Source: Eledone cirrhosa
Lineage: Eukaryota
Assembly (NCBI GenBank): GCA_964016885.1
Contig: OZ024746.1
Location: forward strand, 16,740,001-16,804,000
Direction of reading: 5' to 3'
DNA length: 64,000 bases
The position numbers and the translations under genes were made by a program. Below are positions 62,494 through 64,000 of this stretch, piece after piece. The notes beneath the pieces were generated by a model. That model had not been told where the DNA came from. It saw only the letters and a program-made list of their open reading frames with translations, and searched no databases. Every line of letters starts with the position of its first letter. The stretch's first letter is position 1.

Positions 62494-62499
62494 AATAAA
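62494..62499 (+). promoter_or_regulatory. Candidate polyadenylation signal of ARL2BP
   Basis: First AATAAA after the TAA at 62207. Confidence 0.5.
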
Positions 62500-62519
62500 T
62501 ATGTATGAAAATATCTATT

Positions 62520-63440
62520 TCCAAAACTTACATTTTCAGAAAGCTACATGGTGAGAGTTTAGCTTCAAAACACTAGGACATCATTAGTGAAAAGGAAAAT
62601 GTGTGTGATAGAGAGTGAGGTGCATCTAAAATAGAATTAACAGAAGCTGCTATATTGTTGAATTGGCCTTTAAAAATATGACGGCAAATAAAGCAGCAGG
62701 ACCCTAAGGAATAGCACTGTCAAAAATATCTGGTGATATTGGACAGTGCAAGCTACTTGTACAGTCAATCAGTTATCCCCTAATACTGATATGGCAGTAA
62801 CATCAACTGCTAGAAGGAGCAACTACAGAAGTATAAAACTGATAGACCAAGTTACAAAAGTATCAGAAAAGGTTATAAATACAGTTAATTAGGAAGATAA
62901 TTATTGGCTTTATGCTAAAATAGGGATTCACTGATGTCTTAGTGAATCAACTACTGGCAAAGTTCTTAGCTAAGAGCAAGGCACTTTACCTACAGAAAGC
63001 CTTTCACAGAGTACTTTACTTGTGTATATGAATGACCTGTGAAAGCTGTGCAATCTAAGGACAAAGATGTTGAGAGTTAGCAATGAAGGTAGGTGTCCAT
63101 CAGAATTCAATTCTTAGATATTCCTGTTTATTATAGTCCTTCAGACCCAAATAGGGGAGTTTAAGATTAACTGTAAGGGTCAAAACACTTGAGGGAGATT
63201 GCTTCTCTGAAGACTTTCTGCTGTCCAGCTTACCTGAGTTTCTTACCACTAACTATTTGGGAAGTCCTGTATAACAATAACCAACTTCTTATAATTGAAG
63301 AATTGGAGGAAAAATCAAGAAGCCTCAAAATGAATTTAACAAAGATAAAAGTTTTAGTTAGTGGGAACAGAACTCTTTCTGGAAAGTGATCAGTAAAAAT
63401 TCTATAGTGTGTTCTTAATGTAAACTAAAGGTGCACACAA
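62520..63440 (+). mobile_element. Highly decayed RTE LINE RT fragment
   Basis: Patches homologous to the 21657 element: agcaactacagaagtataaaactgatagacc (NYRxIKLID), aaagcctttcacagagtac, ggtgtccatcag, tttattatagtccttcag, gagtttaag; many stops and indels. Confidence 0.65.
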
Positions 63441-64000
63441 GATATTAGAAATTCATTTTATATATTCTAAAGAAATGAATTTTAGTAAAGAATTTAAACT
63501 ACTCATACATGTTAAACCTTTTGCCTTGATTCTATGATAGAAATTTTCCTTATATAATTGTTTCTACTTTTGGCACAAGACCAGCAATTATTCCAGTACA
63601 TTACTGGTACTTTATTTTATCGACCCCGTAAGGATGAAAGGCAAAGTTAACCTATAATGATCATCACTTATACTTATTCAAAAAACCTTCCAATCATACT
63701 TTTATGTAAGTACCTTTATGTTAGACATCAACTTAATTATAGTAAATCCTTCCAAATTCTTGATTATTTTCAAAATGATTTGAAAATCCTAAAGTCTTTT
63801 ATTAGAAATATGGTAACATAAGCATGTAAACCTTAATTTTTACATTGACCAAAATACAGTTCCACTATGACAAAAGTGCAGCCAATTGACCAGACCCTCC
63901 AGTTCTACACTGTAAAAAACCCATCCAAAATACAATTTCATTTGAACAAGGTCAGGCATGTCTTATAGACGACCAGTCAAACTGTTGCAAATGTGGAAAA

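Overview
AT-rich, intron- and repeat-dense animal genomic DNA; the SINE/RTE repertoire is consistent with an octopus-like coleoid cephalopod (inference). I assembled four spliced protein-coding genes by hand from GT-AG, phase-compatible exons: DIS3L2 (+, 26 coding exons, 4511-28701, about 1188 aa with a long N-terminal extension), CENPH (-, 8 coding exons, 29310-38804, 226 aa, convergent with DIS3L2), an unrecognised 379-aa four-TM protein gene (+, 46089-50732) and ARL2BP/BART (+, 57871-62207, 156 aa). Introns hold a 5'-truncated RTE LINE with a PHD-like finger, its partner SINEs, TTAA-flanked piggyBac-type MITEs, several minisatellites and a TSD-flanked tRNA-Leu pseudogene insert. The most notable signal is a set of Penelope-like element (PLE) relics in (TA)n tracts. 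One carries a GIY-YIG C-terminus and a type I hammerhead ribozyme with an intact core (37758-37828). Three others (13261-13460, 36080-36276, 43224-43403) are long palindromes whose turn-around point is hammerhead helix II, suggesting ribozyme-guided snap-back during retrotransposition. Also notable is a tandem array of duplicated splice acceptors directly before a DIS3L2 RNB-domain exon.
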